Assembly (NCBI GenBank): GCA_963830095.1
Contig: CAWHLV010000106.1
Span: forward strand, 9,672 to 73,671
DNA length: 64,000 nucleotides
From: an uncultured Alphaproteobacteria bacterium
GTDB taxonomy: Bacteria > Pseudomonadota > Alphaproteobacteria > Micropepsales > Micropepsaceae
Direction: 5' to 3'
The notes below the pieces were generated by a model that was not told the origin of the DNA, ran no database searches, and worked only from the letters and a program-made list of their open reading frames with translations. Below are positions 45,218-55,331 of the stretch, in pieces. Each line of letters begins with the position of its first letter. Position 1 is the stretch's first letter. The position numbers and the translations under genes are program-made.

Positions 45218-46207
45218 GTGGCCATCCACTTCCTCCAGTCAAAAGCGGCAAGGACCCTGAGCTTAGCTCAGGTCTTCCGCATGACTGAGGGAGAGGCTGA
45301 GACAGCGTTCCGCAAAATCCGCTGGTCCGAAACCGAGGGCGAGGCTGTTTGCCCGTTCTGTGGTTCATTGGACGCTTACAGCGCTCGCCGTCCTTCAGGG
45401 CTGCTGCGTTTCCGCTGCAAGGAAAAGGAATGCCGTAAGGACTTCACAGTCACCAGCGGGACACTGTTTGCCGCCCATAAGGCTTCGCTGCGCAACTATC
45501 TGGCGGTCATTGCCGTGTTTATGAATGAGGTGAAGGGCAAGAACGCCTTGGCGCTGTCCCGCGACCTGGGCATGTCTCACAAGGCTTGCTGGGTTTTGCT
45601 GCACAAGGTCCGCGAGGCGATGGCGGAAGAATTTAAGGGCCGCAAGCTTGGCGGCGAAGGCAAAGTGGCGGAAGTGGATGGCATGTATGCTGGCGGCTAT
45701 GTCCGGCCTGCCAACCATATTGAAGGCCGTCGGGACCGTCGCAAGGTTGCCAACCAGTCCGGCAAGCGCCAGTCCGTCATCATCGTGCGCGAGCGCAATG
45801 GCAATTCGCTCCCTGCCGTGTTCAAGACTGAGGGCGCGGCGCTGTCATGGATCAAGAGCCGCGTCCAGCCCGGCACCGTCATCAATGCCGACGAAGCGAG
45901 CGGCTGGAACGAACTGGCGTCCAAGTATGAAATGAAGCGCATCAATCACAAGGAAGCTTATTCGCAGGATGGCGCTTGCACGAATTGGGCGGAAAGCTAT
46001 TTCAGCCGCTTGCGCCGTGGCGAAATGGGCCACTTCCATCACGTCAGCGGCCCATACTCTGCTTCGCTACGCTCAGGAAAGCCTCGTGGCGTGAGGATGC
46101 GCGGCGGGTGGACAATGGAGCGCAGGTGCGCCGCGTTGCGGAATTGGCGTTGAAGCGCGGCCCGTCAGTGGATTTCGGCGGGCTACTATCAGCGGCACCG
46201 CGATTGA
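45218..46207 (+). CDS. IS1595 (ISXO2-like) DDE transposase with Zn ribbon (frameshifts at the C-terminus)
   Basis: CPFCG...FRCKEKECRKDFTVTSGTLF, EVDG, NADE, RINH, TNWAESYFSRLRR. Confidence 0.93.
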
Positions 46208-46384
46208 AAGTCGCGCGATTAGGTGGGATGCTTGATAGGCCGGCGGGATTCTCCGGTAGCGAGGCACGGCAGCGATGTCCTCGAAATAGGGCAGCCAAGA
46301 TGTAATACCAATAATTTCGGCCAGATCTAGTGGTAGATCACGCTCGTACGCCGCTTCATGGGCGGATTAGGCTGAGCAGCGTCC

Positions 46385-46954
46385 TTATAGTGAGCACGAT
46401 TCAGGCATCGCGGTGACCGAGGGATTTTGAGCGAACACCTTATATCCCCGGACAATAGGGATCATGCTACTAACGGCGTTGCAATGGCGGTTCATGTTGG
46501 AGGCATCGACCCAGCTAAGCCGCCATACGCAGCCTGCCTTTATCCGCTGAATCCTGCCGCGCTTGGCAAGCTGGTGAAGCTGGGCCAGCACACGGGCTGA
46601 AATCTCCCGCACCGCATCGTTATGGGTCTTGTCCAGCCCCTTGGCGTCCATGATGGCTTCGACCATGGGCGGGACCTGTACCGGCTTGCCCTCTGACTTG
46701 CGTAGTTCGGTCAAAGATCAGCTTGGCCAGTTCGCCAGCCTCGAAATACTTGAACCGATGGCGCGGCCTCAGAACCTTCAGGGCCTTGGGCTTAATGGCG
46801 GGGTCCAGAAGGCACAGGGTATGGTCAACCGCCGCCAGATCGGCCCGGAGAGTCCGTACTTGGCCTTCAAGAATAAGAGAGCTGCCCGGCTATCTCGCCG
46901 CGCTTACGCTTCAAGCCTGAGATTGTGAATGTGTGGTCCTTCATCCCTTGAACT
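46385..46954 (-). CDS. IS passenger: hypothetical helical protein (frameshifted)
   Basis: Reconstructed ISGLKRKRGEIAGQ...LRADLAAVDHTLCLLDP...FEAGELAKLI..ELRKSEGKP; possible C-terminal winged helix. Confidence 0.55.
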
Positions 46955-47004
46955 TAGGGATGAGATAGGTCCAGTATTCTTGTGGCGTTTGCGCCAACAT
47001 ACCG

Positions 47005-47165
47005 AAACTTTCCGGCTTCTGCGAGCCGTAATAGGTGCCGTTGACCTCGATACCGGTCAGATACTGACTGGCATATTCCAGCTCACGCTTCTGCGGGAGA
47101 CCCTTCGGATAAAAGGTCCCCCGCCAAGGCTCGTAAACCCAGCCCCCGACTCCGACATAAATCAT
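47005..47165 (-). pseudogene. DUF72 gene, 5' part
   Basis: MIYVGVGGWVYEPWRGTFYP...IEVNGTYY..QKPESFG, then reads into the IS end. Confidence 0.9.
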
Positions 47166-47174
47166 GGTTGCACT

Positions 47175-48422
47175 CTAAGCGTTTGTGGCCACCGCTATCA
47201 GCCGGTCCAAATGATAGCGAATATGAGCTGCTTCGGCCGGGGTATTGGCAAGAGCAATGGCGCGGTCGAAATCGGCCCGGGCTTCCTGGTCGCGGCCCAA
47301 CTGCAAAAGAAACGACCCGCGCGCGCCGAAGAAATGGAAATAGCCCGATAGCGGCTGTTCCAGCGGCGCGATCAGTTCCAGCCCCGCTTGCGGCCCATGC
47401 AGCTTGGCCACGGCCACGGCGCGGTTCAAGGTGATCACCGGCGAAGGCTGCATCCGTTCCAGCACCAGATAAAGTGCTTCGATCCCGGCCCAGTCGGTTT
47501 CGTGTGCAGATGCCGCGCGGGAATGGATGGCAGCGATCGCCGCCTGGATCTGATAAGGACCGGGCCGGTTGTGGCGCATCGCCTTGTCCAGCAGTGCCAG
47601 CCCTTCATGGATCAGCTTGCCATCCCAGCGCGAGCGGTCCTGATCGTCCAGAAGGATGGCCTCGCCATTTGCATCAAAGCGCGCCGGCAGACGCGACTGC
47701 TGCAATAACATCAGCGCCGCCAGTCCCATGATCTCCGGTTCAGTCTGGAACAGGCGAAGCAGCAGCCGCACCAGCCGGATGGCCTCGTCACACAAAGGCG
47801 TGCGGCTCGCGTCATTGCCGGCGCTGTAACCTTCGTTGAACAGCAGATAGATCATCGCCGCGACGGCGGCCAACCGCTCGGCGCGCTCGGTCGCGCCCGG
47901 CGCCTCGAACGGCACGTCTGCTTTCGCAATACGTTGCTTGGCGCGGGTGATGCGCTGCTCCATCGCCGCCTCGCTGACCAGAAAGGCGCGCGCGATTTGC
48001 GCCACGCTCAACCCCGAGACAATGCGCAGGGCCAGCGCGATCTGCTGGCTGGGCTGAAGATCTGGATGGCAACAGATGAACAGCAGCCGCAGCACATCGT
48101 CGCGGTAATGCGAGCCATCCAGCCGCTCCGCCAGTTCGCTTTCCGCATCGTCCAGATCGGAAATCTGCTCGTCGGGCGGCAGCTCGGTGGTGCGGCTCTG
48201 CTTGCGCACGCCATCCAGCGCCGCATTTCGGCCCACCAGAATGAGCCAGGCGGTGGGATCGCGCGGCGGACCATTTTCGGGCCAGCTCTTCAGCGCGCGC
48301 AGGCAGGCATCCTGAAACGCTTCCTCCGCCCGGTCCATGTCGCGGAAATAGCGCAGCAGCGCGCCCACCGCTTGCGGCCGTGCCGCGGTCAGCGCCCCAT
48401 GGATCCAGGCCAAATCACTCAT
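47175..48422 (-). CDS. ECF sigma-70 factor with C-terminal TPR extension (ECF42-type)
   Basis: AEEAFQDA, PRDPTAWL, LRLLFICCHP, IARAFLVSEAAMEQRITRAK, YLLFNEGY, DQDRSRWD, GPYQIQAAIAA; coupled to a DGPF gene. Confidence 0.92.
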   Translation of the reverse strand: MSDLAWIHGALTAARPQAVGALLRYFRDMDRAEEAFQDACLRALKSWPENGPPRDPTAWLILVGRNAALDGVRKQSRTTELPPDEQISDLDDAESELAERLDGSHYRDDVLRLLFICCHPDLQPSQQIALALRIVSGLSVAQIARAFLVSEAAMEQRITRAKQRIAKADVPFEAPGATERAERLAAVAAMIYLLFNEGYSAGNDASRTPLCDEAIRLVRLLLRLFQTEPEIMGLAALMLLQQSRLPARFDANGEAILLDDQDRSRWDGKLIHEGLALLDKAMRHNRPGPYQIQAAIAAIHSRAASAHETDWAGIEALYLVLERMQPSPVITLNRAVAVAKLHGPQAGLELIAPLEQPLSGYFHFFGARGSFLLQLGRDQEARADFDRAIALANTPAEAAHIRYHLDRLIAVATNA

Positions 48423-48811
48423 CAGTAGACTTTGATCGCTTCCTTGGGCGCGTTGGGACGCGCATCCGGCACATACAGCGCGATGGGGCGCACCTCATAG
48501 GTGCTGGTGGGATTGGCGGCGGACAGATCCTTGGCCACGCCCAGCGCGGCGTCGAGATTTTCCACGTCGATGACATAGAAACCCAGCAGCTGTTCCTTGG
48601 TTTCGGCAAAGGGGCCATCGATCACCAGGCCCGGCCCGCGCAAGGTCGTGGCGGCGGTGGTGGGCAACAGGCGCAGCGAGGGGCCGAGTTTGCCTTCCTT
48701 CACCAGTCTCTCATGCACCACCGACAGCTTGGCCATCACGGCATCGTCTTCTTCCTTGCTCCAGGACCAGACGACGTCTTCCTTGTTGTAGCAAAGCACG
48801 GTGTAGAGCAT
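48422..48811 (-). CDS. YciI/DGPF family protein
   Basis: DGPFAETKEQLLGFY, YEVRPI. Confidence 0.92.
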   Translation of the reverse strand: MLYTVLCYNKEDVVWSWSKEEDDAVMAKLSVVHERLVKEGKLGPSLRLLPTTAATTLRGPGLVIDGPFAETKEQLLGFYVIDVENLDAALGVAKDLSAANPTSTYEVRPIALYVPDARPNAPKEAIKVY

Positions 48812-48837
48812 GGCCGGTTCCTTTGACTTCCCTTTAA

Positions 48838-48922
48838 GACGAGGGAGTATTGCTCAGGCCGACAGGGCTCGTAAAAAATAAAACCGGCCCCGGGCTGTCG
48901 GGCCGGTCCGGGACGGGGCGTC
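48838..48922. promoter_or_regulatory. Divergent ECF42-type promoters (TGTCGG-N17-CGTC on both strands)
   Basis: Minus strand: 48864-48859 / 48841-48838; plus strand: 48896-48901 / 48919-48922. Confidence 0.75.
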
Positions 48923-48956
48923 CTTGGGTCAGACTTTGAACTTGTTGGAGAAAATC

Positions 48957-49415
48957 ATGACCACCCATGAAATGTCACTGACCCGTCTTCTGGATGCCCC
49001 CGCCGACAAGCTGTTCCGCTGCTGGACCACGCCCGATCTGATCAAGCAGTGGTTCGCGCCCAAGCCCTACACCACCCCGGTCGCCGAGGTGGAGCTGCGC
49101 GTGGGCGGCCGCAACAACATTGTGATGAAAAGCCCGCAGGGCCAGGAGATCCCCTGCCCCGGCACCTATCTGGAGATCGTGCCCAATCGCAAAATCGTCT
49201 TCACCGACGCTTTCACCGGCGACTGGGTTCCGCGCGAGGGCGCACCCTTCATGGTGGCGATCGTCACCTTCGAGCCGGAAGCGGGCAAGACCCGCTACAC
49301 CGCCACCGTGCGCCACTGGACCGAAGAGGCCCGCGCCCAGCACGAGCAGATGGGGTTCCATCAGGGCTGGGGCCAGTGCGCCGACCAGCTCGAAGCTCTT
49401 GCGAAGACGATCTGA
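48957..49415 (+). CDS. SRPBCC/AHSA1 family protein
   Basis: LTRLLDAPADKLFRCWT, QWFAP, GTYLEIVP, HEQMGFHQGWG. Confidence 0.9.
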   Translation: MTTHEMSLTRLLDAPADKLFRCWTTPDLIKQWFAPKPYTTPVAEVELRVGGRNNIVMKSPQGQEIPCPGTYLEIVPNRKIVFTDAFTGDWVPREGAPFMVAIVTFEPEAGKTRYTATVRHWTEEARAQHEQMGFHQGWGQCADQLEALAKTI

Positions 49416-49427
49416 GGGAAAACGGCC

Positions 49428-49889
49428 ATGACCATCAAGAGCATCACTCCCTTTCTGTGGTTCGACGCTTGCGCCGAGGAAGCGGTAAATTTCTACGTCT
49501 CGCTGTTTCCCAATTCCAAAATCACCCATGTTTCGCGCTATGGCGATACCGGTCCCGGCCCCAAGGGCAGCGTGATGGTGGTGGCGTTCGAACTGATGGG
49601 CCAGCGCTTCAACGCGTTGAACGGCGGCCCTTACCAGAAACTCAGCGAGGCCTTCTCGCTTTATGTCGAATGCACGCAGCAGGCCGAGATCGACCGGCTG
49701 TGGGACGCACTGACCGACAAGCCCAATGTCTGCGGCTGGACCAAGGACAGGTTCGGCCTTTCCTGGCAGATCGGCTATGCCGGCCTGGCCGAGACCTTGA
49801 CCGGGCCGAAGGCTGACAAGGTGATGGCCGCAGTCATGAAGATGACCAAGATCGACATCCAGGCGCTGAAGGACGCGGCCGCGTCATGA
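49428..49889 (+). CDS. VOC/PhnB-like (3-dmu-9_3-mt) protein
   Basis: ITPFLWFD..AEEAVNFY, ALNGGP, CGWTKDRFGLSWQI. Confidence 0.9.
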   Translation: MTIKSITPFLWFDACAEEAVNFYVSLFPNSKITHVSRYGDTGPGPKGSVMVVAFELMGQRFNALNGGPYQKLSEAFSLYVECTQQAEIDRLWDALTDKPNVCGWTKDRFGLSWQIGYAGLAETLTGPKADKVMAAVMKMTKIDIQALKDAAAS

Positions 49890-51091
49890 GCAACGCCCGC
49901 TATCGCTGGGTGATTGTCGCGGCCGGCGGTCTGCTGGGCTGTATCGCCGTCGGGGCGATGTTCTCGCTGCCGGTTTTCCTGCGCCCGATCGCCCGCGACA
50001 CCGGATGGTCGATCACCGGCATATCGGGCGCCATGACCATCGGCTTTCTGGCGATGGCGTTCGCCAGCATGGCCTGGGGCAATCTGTCGGACCGGATCGG
50101 CCCGCGCCTGGTGGTGCTGACCGGTTCAGTGACGCTGGCCACAGGTATGGCGCTGGCCAGTTTCACCACCTCGCTGCTCGCCTTCCAGCTTTTCTTCGGT
50201 CTGGTGGTGGGCGCGTCCTGTGCCGCGATCTTCGCGCCGATGATGGCGGCCGTCACCGGCTGGTTCGACACCCACCGCAGTCTTGCGGTGTCGCTGGTTT
50301 CTGCCGGCATGGGCATGGCGCCCATGACCATGGCGCCGTTCGCGGCCTGGCTGATCTCCTATCATGACTGGCGCACCTCGATGCTGGTGATTTCAAGCTT
50401 TGTCGCGGTCACCATGATCCCGCTGTCGTTTCTGGTGCGCACGCCGCCGGCGCTGGAAAACCGGGCCGCGGCGGTTGAAGAACCGCAAGGCGGCCTGTCA
50501 CTGGGCCAGGCGCTGCGCTCGCCCCAGTTCATTGTGCTGGTGGCGACCAATTTCTTCTGCTGCGCCACCCATTCCGGCCCGATCTTCCACACCGTCAGCT
50601 ATGCGGTGACCTGCGGCATCCCCATCATTGCCGCAACCACCATCTACAGCGTCGAAGGTCTGAGCGGCATGTTCGGGCGCATCGCCTTTGGCCTGATGGG
50701 CGACCGTTTCGGCGCCAAGCGCGTGCTGGTGACGGGACTTCTGATGCAGGCGTTCGGCGCGCTGGGCTATTTCTTCGCCCGCGACCTGTCCGGCTTCTAT
50801 GCCGCCGCCGTGGTGTTCGGCTTCATCTATGGCGGAATCATGCCGCTTTATTCGGTGCTGATCCGCGAGAACTTCCCGCTGCGCATGATGGGCACGGTGA
50901 TCGGCGGCACCGCCATGGCCGGCAGCCTGGGCATGGCGACCGGGCCGGTGATCGGTGGACTGATCTATGATCGCTTCGCGACCTATAGCTGGCTTTATCT
51001 GTGTTCCTGGGGGCTGGGCATGGGCGCGTTCTTGATCATCATGATGTACCGGCCAATGGCCAAAGCCACAGCCGAGGAAGCGCCCGCCTAG
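49886..51091 (+). CDS. MFS transporter
   Basis: About 12 hydrophobic segments; WGNLSDRIGPR, GLMGDRFGAKR. Confidence 0.9.
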   Translation: MSNARYRWVIVAAGGLLGCIAVGAMFSLPVFLRPIARDTGWSITGISGAMTIGFLAMAFASMAWGNLSDRIGPRLVVLTGSVTLATGMALASFTTSLLAFQLFFGLVVGASCAAIFAPMMAAVTGWFDTHRSLAVSLVSAGMGMAPMTMAPFAAWLISYHDWRTSMLVISSFVAVTMIPLSFLVRTPPALENRAAAVEEPQGGLSLGQALRSPQFIVLVATNFFCCATHSGPIFHTVSYAVTCGIPIIAATTIYSVEGLSGMFGRIAFGLMGDRFGAKRVLVTGLLMQAFGALGYFFARDLSGFYAAAVVFGFIYGGIMPLYSVLIRENFPLRMMGTVIGGTAMAGSLGMATGPVIGGLIYDRFATYSWLYLCSWGLGMGAFLIIMMYRPMAKATAEEAPA

Positions 51092-51432
51092 CCGAACAGC
51101 TTCTTGTAGTCCTCGGGCCTGAAGCCGATCGTGAGCTTGCCCTTGGCCTCCAGCACCGGGCGCTTGATCATGGACGGCTGGGTCAGCATCAACGCGATGG
51201 CCTTCTTCTCGGTCAGCCCTTCCTTGTCGGCATCGGACAGTTTCTTGAAGGTGGTGCCGGCGCGGTTCAGCAGCACCTCCCAGCCCGCTTTCTCGACCCA
51301 GCCTTCCAGGGTCGGCTTGTCGATACCTTGCGCTTTATAGTCGTGAAACTGATAGGCGACCTTGTGGCCTTCCAGCCAGGTGCGCGCCTTCTTCATCGTG
51401 TCGCAGTTTTTGATGCCATAGATCGTCGTCAT
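51088..51432 (-). CDS. ArsC/YffB family reductase
   Basis: IYGIKNCDTMKKARTWL, LLNRAGTTF, PSMIKRPVL. Confidence 0.92.
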   Translation of the reverse strand: MTTIYGIKNCDTMKKARTWLEGHKVAYQFHDYKAQGIDKPTLEGWVEKAGWEVLLNRAGTTFKKLSDADKEGLTEKKAIALMLTQPSMIKRPVLEAKGKLTIGFRPEDYKKLFG

Positions 51433-51501
51433 GTCGTACCCCAAATTTGGACGCAGAATATGGGAGGCGGGGCCGCTGCGAAAGCCGCTAGTCTGGCGCG
51501 C

Positions 51502-52188
51502 ATGGAACAGAATTGGCAACGCATCGCGACAGAGCTGGACGAACAAGGCTGGGCGATTCTGCCCGGCCTGCTGAATGATGCCGGCAGTGACCGGATCGCC
51601 GGGCTTTATGACCGCGACGGGGCTTTTCGCAGCCGGGTGGTGATGGCGCGCCACGGGTTCGGCAAAGGCGAGTATCGTTATTTCGCCTATCCGCTGCCGG
51701 ATACAATCGAAACGCTGCGCACCGCGCTTTATCCACCTCTGGCTGGGATCGCCAATGGCTGGCAGCAGCGCCTGGGCCACACGTCGCGCTTTCCGGATGA
51801 TCATGCGAGCTATCTCGAACATTGCCATGCCCACGGACAGGCGCGGCCCACGCCGCTGCTGCTGCGTTACGGGCCGGGCGACTACAATTGCCTGCACCAG
51901 GATATTTACGGCGACGAGGTTTTTCCGTTGCAGGTCGCCGTGCTGCTGGCCCAGCCGGACGCGGATTTCACCGGCGGGGAGTTCGTACTGACCGAACAGC
52001 GGCCGCGCATGCAATCACGGGTGATGGTGGTACCGCTGGGCAAGGGCGATGGCGTGGTCTTCGCCGTCAACAGCCGGCCGGTGAAAGGTTCACGCGGCGA
52101 CTATCAGGTCAAGATGCGCCATGGCGTCAGCCGGCTCCTCACCGGCCGGCGCCATGTGCTGGGTCTCATCTTTCACGACGCGGCGTGA
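51502..52188 (+). CDS. 2OG-Fe(II) oxygenase (DUF2086-like)
   Basis: FRSRVVMARHGFGKGEYRYF, YNCLHQD, FTGGEFVLTEQRPRMQSR, RHGVS. Confidence 0.88.
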   Translation: MEQNWQRIATELDEQGWAILPGLLNDAGSDRIAGLYDRDGAFRSRVVMARHGFGKGEYRYFAYPLPDTIETLRTALYPPLAGIANGWQQRLGHTSRFPDDHASYLEHCHAHGQARPTPLLLRYGPGDYNCLHQDIYGDEVFPLQVAVLLAQPDADFTGGEFVLTEQRPRMQSRVMVVPLGKGDGVVFAVNSRPVKGSRGDYQVKMRHGVSRLLTGRRHVLGLIFHDAA

Positions 52189-52905
52189 TCAGCGTCCCGC
52201 CACATCCGCCGGCGCGGGATCGTTGGGCGACAGCCAGCGATAGACAAAGCCCGCGATCAACGCGCCCGCGATGGGCGCCACCCAGAACAGCCAGAGCTGG
52301 TCCAGCGCCCAGCCGCCCGCAAACAGCGCGGGCGCCGTCGAGCGGGCCGGGTTGACGGAGGTGTTGGTGACCGGGATCGAGATCAGATGGATCAGGGTCA
52401 GGCACAGGCCGATGGCGATGGGCGCGAAGCCCTGGGGTGCGCGGCCATGGGTCGAGCCCAGGATCACGAACAGGAAGGCGAAGGTCATCGCCACCTCGCA
52501 GGCCAGCGCGGCGGTCAGCCCATAGCCGCCCGGCGAATGATCGCCATAGCCATTGCTGGCGAAGCCGGCATGAACATCAAACCCGGCATGGCCGCTGGCG
52601 ATGAGATACAGGATGCCCGCGCCGGCGATCCCGCCCAGCACCTGGGCGATCACATAGCCCGGCAGGTCGGAAAGCGGAAAGCGCCCGCCCGCCCACAGCC
52701 CCACCGACACGGCGGGATTGAGGTGACAGCCCGACACATGGCCGATGGCATAGGCCATGGTCAGGACGGTGAGCCCGAAGGCCAACGCCACGCCGGCAAA
52801 GCCGATGCCCAGCTGCGGGAAGGCGGCGGCCAGCACCGCCGCACCGCATCCGCCCAGCACCAGCCAGGCTGTCCCGATGAATTCTGCAACCAGCTTGCGG
52901 GTCAA
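52189..52905 (-). CDS. aqpZ: Aquaporin Z
   Basis: [36 protein letters not shown]. Confidence 0.95.
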   Translation of the reverse strand: MTRKLVAEFIGTAWLVLGGCGAAVLAAAFPQLGIGFAGVALAFGLTVLTMAYAIGHVSGCHLNPAVSVGLWAGGRFPLSDLPGYVIAQVLGGIAGAGILYLIASGHAGFDVHAGFASNGYGDHSPGGYGLTAALACEVAMTFAFLFVILGSTHGRAPQGFAPIAIGLCLTLIHLISIPVTNTSVNPARSTAPALFAGGWALDQLWLFWVAPIAGALIAGFVYRWLSPNDPAPADVAGR

Positions 52906-53007
52906 AAACCCCTCCCCTTTTTGATTTGGGAAAGGCTATGCCCGCCGAACGACAGTGTCATCACAGTTGCCCAAATTTCGGGCATCCGACTGTGAAACCG
53001 GATGAAC

Positions 53008-53057
53008 TTTACACTATGTAAATATTGAGACCTCTGATATCTTTACATAATGTCAAG
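53008..53057. promoter_or_regulatory. Two related palindromes, probable TetR operators
   Basis: TTTACA-cta-TGTAAA (53008-53022) and CTTTACA-taa-TGTCAAG (53041-53057, overlapping the ATG). Confidence 0.65.
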
Positions 53058-53565
53058 TCGCCAAAAAATCCTCGATGCGGCCCTTTCCTGCGCGGAAAAG
53101 GGCGTGGATTTCAGCATGGCCGATGTGGCGGGGGCGGCGGGTCTGTCGCGCCAGGCGGTCTATCTCCATTTCCCCGACCGCGCGGGTCTTCTGGGTGCGC
53201 TGCTTGCCCAGCTCGAGGCGGAATGGGGCGCGGCCGCAATCGACGACGCCCCCAGCGCCCGCGCCGCGCTCACCGCCCTGGCCGGCCGGCTGGCGCAGAT
53301 CCATCCCCGCCGCTGGCCCGTGATGCACGCCTTGGGCGGCGACGCGGCCGATGCCGGTCTTGATGCGGACTGCCGCGCCCTGGCCGGCCGCTTCCGGGAT
53401 GAAGGGGCGCTGGCCGCTCACCTGTCGCCGGCGGCGGCGGCCGATCTCTTATCCACCCTGCTGTCGCTGTCGGTGTGGAAGGAGCTGGTGGTGGGGCGCG
53501 GCTGGGACAGCGCCCGCTACAAGAGCCATATCGCCTTTCTGGCGACGGGCGCGCTCACGCGTTAG
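53050..53565 (+). CDS. TetR/AcrR family regulator
   Basis: ILDAAL...[23 protein letters not shown]. Confidence 0.9.
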   Translation: MSSRQKILDAALSCAEKGVDFSMADVAGAAGLSRQAVYLHFPDRAGLLGALLAQLEAEWGAAAIDDAPSARAALTALAGRLAQIHPRRWPVMHALGGDAADAGLDADCRALAGRFRDEGALAAHLSPAAAADLLSTLLSLSVWKELVVGRGWDSARYKSHIAFLATGALTR

Positions 53566-54047
53566 TCGGCGCAGGCTTCCCGCATGCATTCCATGTGTGC
53601 GGGCCCATCCAGCGGCTTGATCGCTTTCGCCTCGCCCACATCCATCAACCGGGCCGCAACTTCCGACCCGCGCGCCAAGGTCAGATGCACCGGGCAGCGT
53701 TCGGCAATCTCCAACATGCGCGCCCGCTGCTGCGCACTGAGCTCGCCGTCCAGCGCGATATCGAGCTCGAAACGGTCCTTGGCGTTGAGGCCGGCGCGGC
53801 TGTGGCGCACCGCGGTCTCGACGCGCTTGAGCGCCCAGCCCTTGTGATTGGCATAAAGCCGGATGGTCATGGTGGTGCAGGCGCCCAACGCCGCGCCCAG
53901 CAGGTCATAGGGATTGGGGCCGGAGCCCAAACCGCCGGCCGACACCGGCTCGTCGATCAGGAAGGCGGCCGCGCCGACCCGCGCCTCGACCTGGTATTTG
54001 CCCAGGCCGGTTTCGGTGACGGTGATGGTTTCGCTGTTGGCAGTCAT
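53562..54047 (-). CDS. OsmC family protein
   Basis: [44 protein letters not shown]. Confidence 0.9.
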   Translation of the reverse strand: MTANSETITVTETGLGKYQVEARVGAAAFLIDEPVSAGGLGSGPNPYDLLGAALGACTTMTIRLYANHKGWALKRVETAVRHSRAGLNAKDRFELDIALDGELSAQQRARMLEIAERCPVHLTLARGSEVAARLMDVGEAKAIKPLDGPAHMECMREACAD

Positions 54048-54060
54048 GGCGATGCTCCGT

Positions 54061-54636
54061 TCAGTTCAGGGACCAATGTGCAACATCGATGTGACGGGAC
54101 TGGCCTTGCAGGCTGGCCGTCAGCACGAATTCGCGCACCGTCCAGGTAATGGGCGCAATCGGGTATTCCGCGACACAGCGGTCGGCCCATAGCAAGGTCA
54201 CATGGGGCGTGAAGCTGGGTTCCACACCAAATCCTGCACGCAACATCTGTGTCCGCAAATGCTCGCGGAATTCCTGCAAAGGTCGAAGCCCTTCGTCTCC
54301 CCGCAGGACGAACGGACAACCGTGATCGCCACCTTTGAAGCTGACCGTCCAGTCGAACCGCACCGAGAAGCTGCGGCGTCCCAGCCGGTCGCCGACTGCT
54401 TTGGCGCGGGCGATATTCTCGCTGATCGTGCCGGTGTCGTGAACCGCTGCCAGCGTGTTGTGCAGGCGCTCGCGCGCAACGGCACATCCGCGCAACCGGT
54501 GTGCGGTCTTGAGCCTGGTTGCCAGTGTTTGGATTGCCGCGCCGGTATCCCTGTCCGGCCGGATGGCGAAGAACAGCTTGACCGGCACGCGGGCAGGAAT
54601 GGACCACAGCAGCGAGTGCATGAAACAGCGAAGCAA
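54061..54636 (-). CDS. 2H phosphoesterase (2'-5' RNA ligase/ThpR-like)
   Basis: LFFAIRP, two HxT motifs LHNTL and FTPHVTL. Confidence 0.85.
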   Translation of the reverse strand: MLRCFMHSLLWSIPARVPVKLFFAIRPDRDTGAAIQTLATRLKTAHRLRGCAVARERLHNTLAAVHDTGTISENIARAKAVGDRLGRRSFSVRFDWTVSFKGGDHGCPFVLRGDEGLRPLQEFREHLRTQMLRAGFGVEPSFTPHVTLLWADRCVAEYPIAPITWTVREFVLTASLQGQSRHIDVAHWSLN

Positions 54637-54656
54637 TACCGCCCCGCGGAGTCAAT

Positions 54657-55322
54657 TCAGAACAGGCCGGCGGGATCGGAAACCGTGGGTTTGCCGCGGC
54701 GCGCGGATTTCGCGCGTTCTTCCGGGGTCATGGTCCAGCGCACATCGTCCACGGTTTTCAGGCAGGCTTTCACCCGTTCTAGGCTGGCGGGCCCCTCGCC
54801 CAGCCAGATCGCCCAGTCGTCCGGCGACAGGATCGCGGGCATGCGGTCGGTGGGCAGCCCGGACAGCAGGCTATTGGCGGCAACCGTCACCATCACACAG
54901 GCAAACATCGGCTGCTGCCCGGCTATCTCGAACCGCCGCCAGACAAAGGCGATGCCGATAGCGCCCGCAGGCCGGACGACATGCTGGGCACCGCCGTCCG
55001 GCGCCTCGTTGAAGGTCTCGACAATCACGATGCCACGCTGGCCGTCGCGGAAAGCGTCGGCAAAGGCGCGGGTGGTGTCGATGGTTTCGGCACGGGCATG
55101 GATGGGTTGCGGCCGCTTCCAGTCCTGGGGATGCGGAAAGCCCCAGCGCATCGGCACGACACGGCGCTTGTCTGCCACGGGATCAAAGACGATCAGTGGC
55201 ACGGCGCCCATAACGCGGAAGGTCAGCGTGCGATCGTTGTCGCCACTCTCACGCGGTGGGGCGGCGTAAACGAAATCAACGATCTCGCTCCAGGACGCCT
55301 TGGCCGCAAACTTTCCGCACAT
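54657..55322 (-). CDS. SOS response-associated peptidase (SRAP/YedK) family, divergent
   Basis: N-terminal MCG, MRWG, HARAET, DRMPAIL...W..WL. Confidence 0.85.
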   Translation of the reverse strand: MCGKFAAKASWSEIVDFVYAAPPRESGDNDRTLTFRVMGAVPLIVFDPVADKRRVVPMRWGFPHPQDWKRPQPIHARAETIDTTRAFADAFRDGQRGIVIVETFNEAPDGGAQHVVRPAGAIGIAFVWRRFEIAGQQPMFACVMVTVAANSLLSGLPTDRMPAILSPDDWAIWLGEGPASLERVKACLKTVDDVRWTMTPEERAKSARRGKPTVSDPAGLF

Positions 55323-55331
55323 GGCGGGAGA

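Larger units (their letters stand above)
43986..47004. mobile_element. IS1595-family element with passenger genes (3019 bp)
   Basis: 26-bp TIRs CGGTATGTTGGCGCAA(GT/AC)GCCACAAG with 2 mismatches; 8-bp TSD AAACTTTC at 43978-43985 and 47005-47012; ISXO2-like transposase inside. Confidence 0.93.
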
